Part shown: positions 61,335 through 64,000 of the stretch, in pieces | Layout: each line of letters begins with the position of its first letter | How positions within the stretch are numbered: position 1 is the first letter of the stretch | DNA from: an uncultured Hormoscilla sp. | Lineage (GTDB): Bacteria; Cyanobacteriota; Cyanobacteriia; Cyanobacteriales; Desertifilaceae | Assembly (NCBI GenBank): GCA_963921275.4 | Contig: OZ001293.3 | Location: forward strand, 3,040,001 to 3,104,000 | Length of the DNA: 64,000 bases | Direction: 5' to 3' | Position numbers and translations under genes: made by a program | Notes under the pieces: generated by a model | Database searches by the model: none | What the model was told of the DNA's origin: nothing | What the model saw: the letters and a program-made list of their open reading frames with translations, nothing else

Positions 61335-61881
61335 TTATACCCGCCTACCTACCAGCGATCAGCTATTCGATTGCCGGTTAATCGCTGCCATCAAGCGCCG
61401 ATCCAGCAGCTGATTAACCCAGGTCATCACGTCCGTGGCCCCGTCGTACTTGTCGATCTTGTGGCAAACATCAGAGAAAGTCTGATAAAGGGCCTTGTTG
61501 TAGACATCGGATGGAACGTTATATTTCTCCTGGCAGGAGATTTGGCTCGAGTGCTGGATGGCACAAATCAGCTTGTGGAGGGCGAACCGCCTTCGATGTC
61601 TTCGGGATGCTTCGCAAAAACCCCTCAGACATCGGTGATTACTTTGGGTTGGGTGCTTTTGAGCTTCCAAAGCTAACGGTTCAAGTCTTTAAGGTAGTTT
61701 CATTGCGATCGCTGAACTCGATAATCCCATGACAACAGACCCATCTTGGAGTTCAAGAAGGACAAATGAGGAGTTGCCCATGACTTATTACTGACTTAGA
61801 TTGCGCGCAAGGGAAGACAGCTATAATTGGTATAAGCTGATTTTTCCCATAAATAAGCCATCCACATTAACAACATCGATC

Positions 61882-62162
61882 GTGGAAAAGCGATACCGAC
61901 TGGTGCCGGTGTACGGCATGAGTGACATAGGTAACACTACTGTCGTTAGGCAGCTAGTAGAATAGATTCAGGATGGGTTTGATTTTGTGATTTGGCGTTC
62001 CCTGAGAAATGCCCCAAGCTCAAAAACCTCCTGACTGACACGATCCAATTTATGGCCCAGCAGCGGAAAACGAATTTACCAGACGGGGAAGATGAACTAA
62101 TCTTGCGGCTGATGAAGTATCTGCGCAAATATCGATGTATCCTAGTAATTGAGGATTGGTAG
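61882..62162 (+). pseudogene. NB-ARC domain remnant
   Basis: RLVPVYGMSDIGNTT (decayed P-loop)...*IQDGFDFVIWRSLRNAP...LRKYRCILVIEDW. Confidence 0.7.
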
Positions 62163-62303
62163 ATGGCGATCAGCTGGGCAGCTGGCGATCGATGAACACC
62201 TTCAGTCCGCATGAAGTGAGGCTCATTCCCTTGAGACTTCCTCCTGTCTTTGTCTATTTGCTCAAATCTACCGATTCGATATATGACCGCACAGAATGTA
62301 AAG

Positions 62304-63561
62304 ATGAATAAACGAAATATAGTTTTAATAATAATTGCCGCCTGGTTGGGAATCGTAGGATTATCATGTAAACAAAAGCTACCAGTTGGTAAGAATGGAA
62401 AAGCTCATAATAAATATCATGTCGAACATGTTTGGTGTCCCCAAAAGTTTGGCGACAAGATCAGTTGTGGAGAAGAAATCCTATTTCCAGGAAATGCACT
62501 ACTAAAAAAGCAATCGGGGGTGTCAGCATTTGCGGCTGGTAAGTATAAAGAGGCCATTCGCTTATTAGAGGAGGCAATGAAAGAGCAGTCTAATGACCCG
62601 GAAACCCTAATTTACCTGAATAACGCTAGACTGGCAAAGGAAAAAGCAGAAGCTTATACGATCGCGGTAGCAGCCCCCCTCAACACTGGTGGGAATAGCG
62701 TGGACAATTCGGGGCTGGAAGTTCTGCGGGGGGTAGCTCAAGTCCAAAATCAAATCAATCAGGTACAAAAAATTAATGGCAAGGGTTTGAGAGTGGCGAT
62801 CGCGGATGATGCAGATAACTCTGACCAGGGTAAAAAAATAGCACAAGCTCTGACCGCACAAGATAATATAATAGGCGTCGTAGGTCACTTGTCTAGTGGA
62901 GTAAGTTTGCAGGCTGCTCCTGTTTACGCACAGGGTAAATTGCTATTAATTTCTCCGACAAGCACCTCGATGGAACTCTCAAAAGCGGGGGATTTTTTCT
63001 TTCGTACTGTCTCGACCGATCGGGACAGTGCGAAAGCTTTAATTACCATCCTGCCCAGAGTCCATTAAGGTAAAGTAGCAGTATTTTACAATTCCAATAG
63101 CGATCATAGTCGCTCTCTGCGGAATGAATTCCGCGATCGCTTTCGACCCGCAGGCGAGATCGTAGAGGAATTTGATTTATCTGACCCTGATTTTAATGCA
63201 GTCAGGGCGGTAAAGAAGGCACGCAGAGAAGGAGTCACAGCCCTGGGAAGGAGTCACAGCCCTGGTTTTACTTCCCAACACCTCGACTCGTGCTGAGGCT
63301 AGAGAGGTAGTCAAAGCCAATCAGGGCCGCTATTGTATGGTAGCGGGGGATAGCTTCTACAATTTTGATACTTTAACAAAGGTGGGCAAAGATGCCGTAG
63401 GCCGCCTCGTCTGTTTTTGGTTTGGGTGGATGGCGGCGGAGTGCGGCAATCCTTTCGGACAATGGGTGATGGATACGTTACACTGGGTTGTGATGGTTGT
63501 GTTGCGACCGGAACAGGCACCAATTGACAAGCAAGTTGTCGCCCACAACTTGGAGCAATAA
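62304..63561 (+). pseudogene. Branched-chain amino-acid ABC substrate-binding-like lipoprotein (TPR + LivK-like), disrupted after 63068
   Basis: Lipobox-like GLSC, NDPETLIYLNN, LRGVAQVQ, GVVGHLSS, FFRTV; TAA at 63066 and later frameshifts. Confidence 0.8.
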
Positions 63562-64000
63562 CTTCTGAACGAGTAGTGAAACCTGTACTTGCGTCAGACC
63601 TGCGGGAGCTATGGAAAAAGCTGAAACCTTTACTGTGACTGCCTTTTGACCAACCTGATTCCCTTATTTACTCAATGATATAGAGCATACAAACTAGATT
63701 ATACAAAGCGTTTATAAATTTTCAATTATGCGTCCAAATATAACTCATATTTATCGACTCAAAATTAAATTTTAAAATCTTATTATAGCAAAAATTTATA
63801 TTTTGGAGAGGTCTATTAGACCCATGGCTTAGCATAGTTTTTTACCTTCACAAACTTTTAAAACAGCCTCTAATATCTGGATGGCTTCAGCTTTCTCTGC
63901 GGGTGTTAAGTAGCTATGTTTCTAATTCTTTGACTGTCATCGGTACTGTTTGATTTGTGAATTATATCTCTCGTAAATTATATCTTATTATCGTCCCGAT

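Noticed and set aside
63640..64000. AT-rich end region with AGGCTGTTTTAAAAGT motif (also at 36324), possible IS5-type end
   Set aside because: Too degraded and truncated by the window edge to call

Overview
Cyanobacterial chromosome segment. GCGATCGC (HIP1) sites are dense in host genes, guaB-Yfr1-trxA synteny is present, and there is a Rubisco activase fragment. The region is heavily eroded: housekeeping genes (truB, guaB, trxA, pepA, slt, tatC, secA, clpB) sit among many frameshifted pseudogenes, ISs (IS5, IS607/TnpB, IS982, ISKra4, IS4, ISAzo13, IS1, IS630, IS1634), MITEs and group II introns. Highlights: (1) A defence locus at 19.2-24.1 kb. A long prokaryotic Argonaute and a Cas4-like Fe-S nuclease (both frameshifted) are divergent from an intact XRE-HTH + ImmA/IrrE peptidase pair. 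Between them lies a five-unit ~125-bp tandem array; each unit carries two GTTGAC-N7-G(T/C)CAAC palindromes, a sigma70-like promoter facing the Argonaute operon and a hairpin. (2) Four ORF-less group II introns (834-874 nt), each with an EBS1 matching its own target. One splits a diheme cytochrome c gene in frame. Two are nested in an RT-encoding intron that itself sits inside an IS630. Their terminal GAY appears to be needed by the host reading frame. (3) Tiny 15/24-nt elements that insert in frame after CCGA, plus ~45-nt hairpin insertions inside proteins. (4) A tandemly duplicated SRP RNA gene with both copies non-canonical. (5) An IS607 TnpB with the rearranged, Fanzor-like RuvC. Family assignments come from motif recognition by eye; no searches were run.
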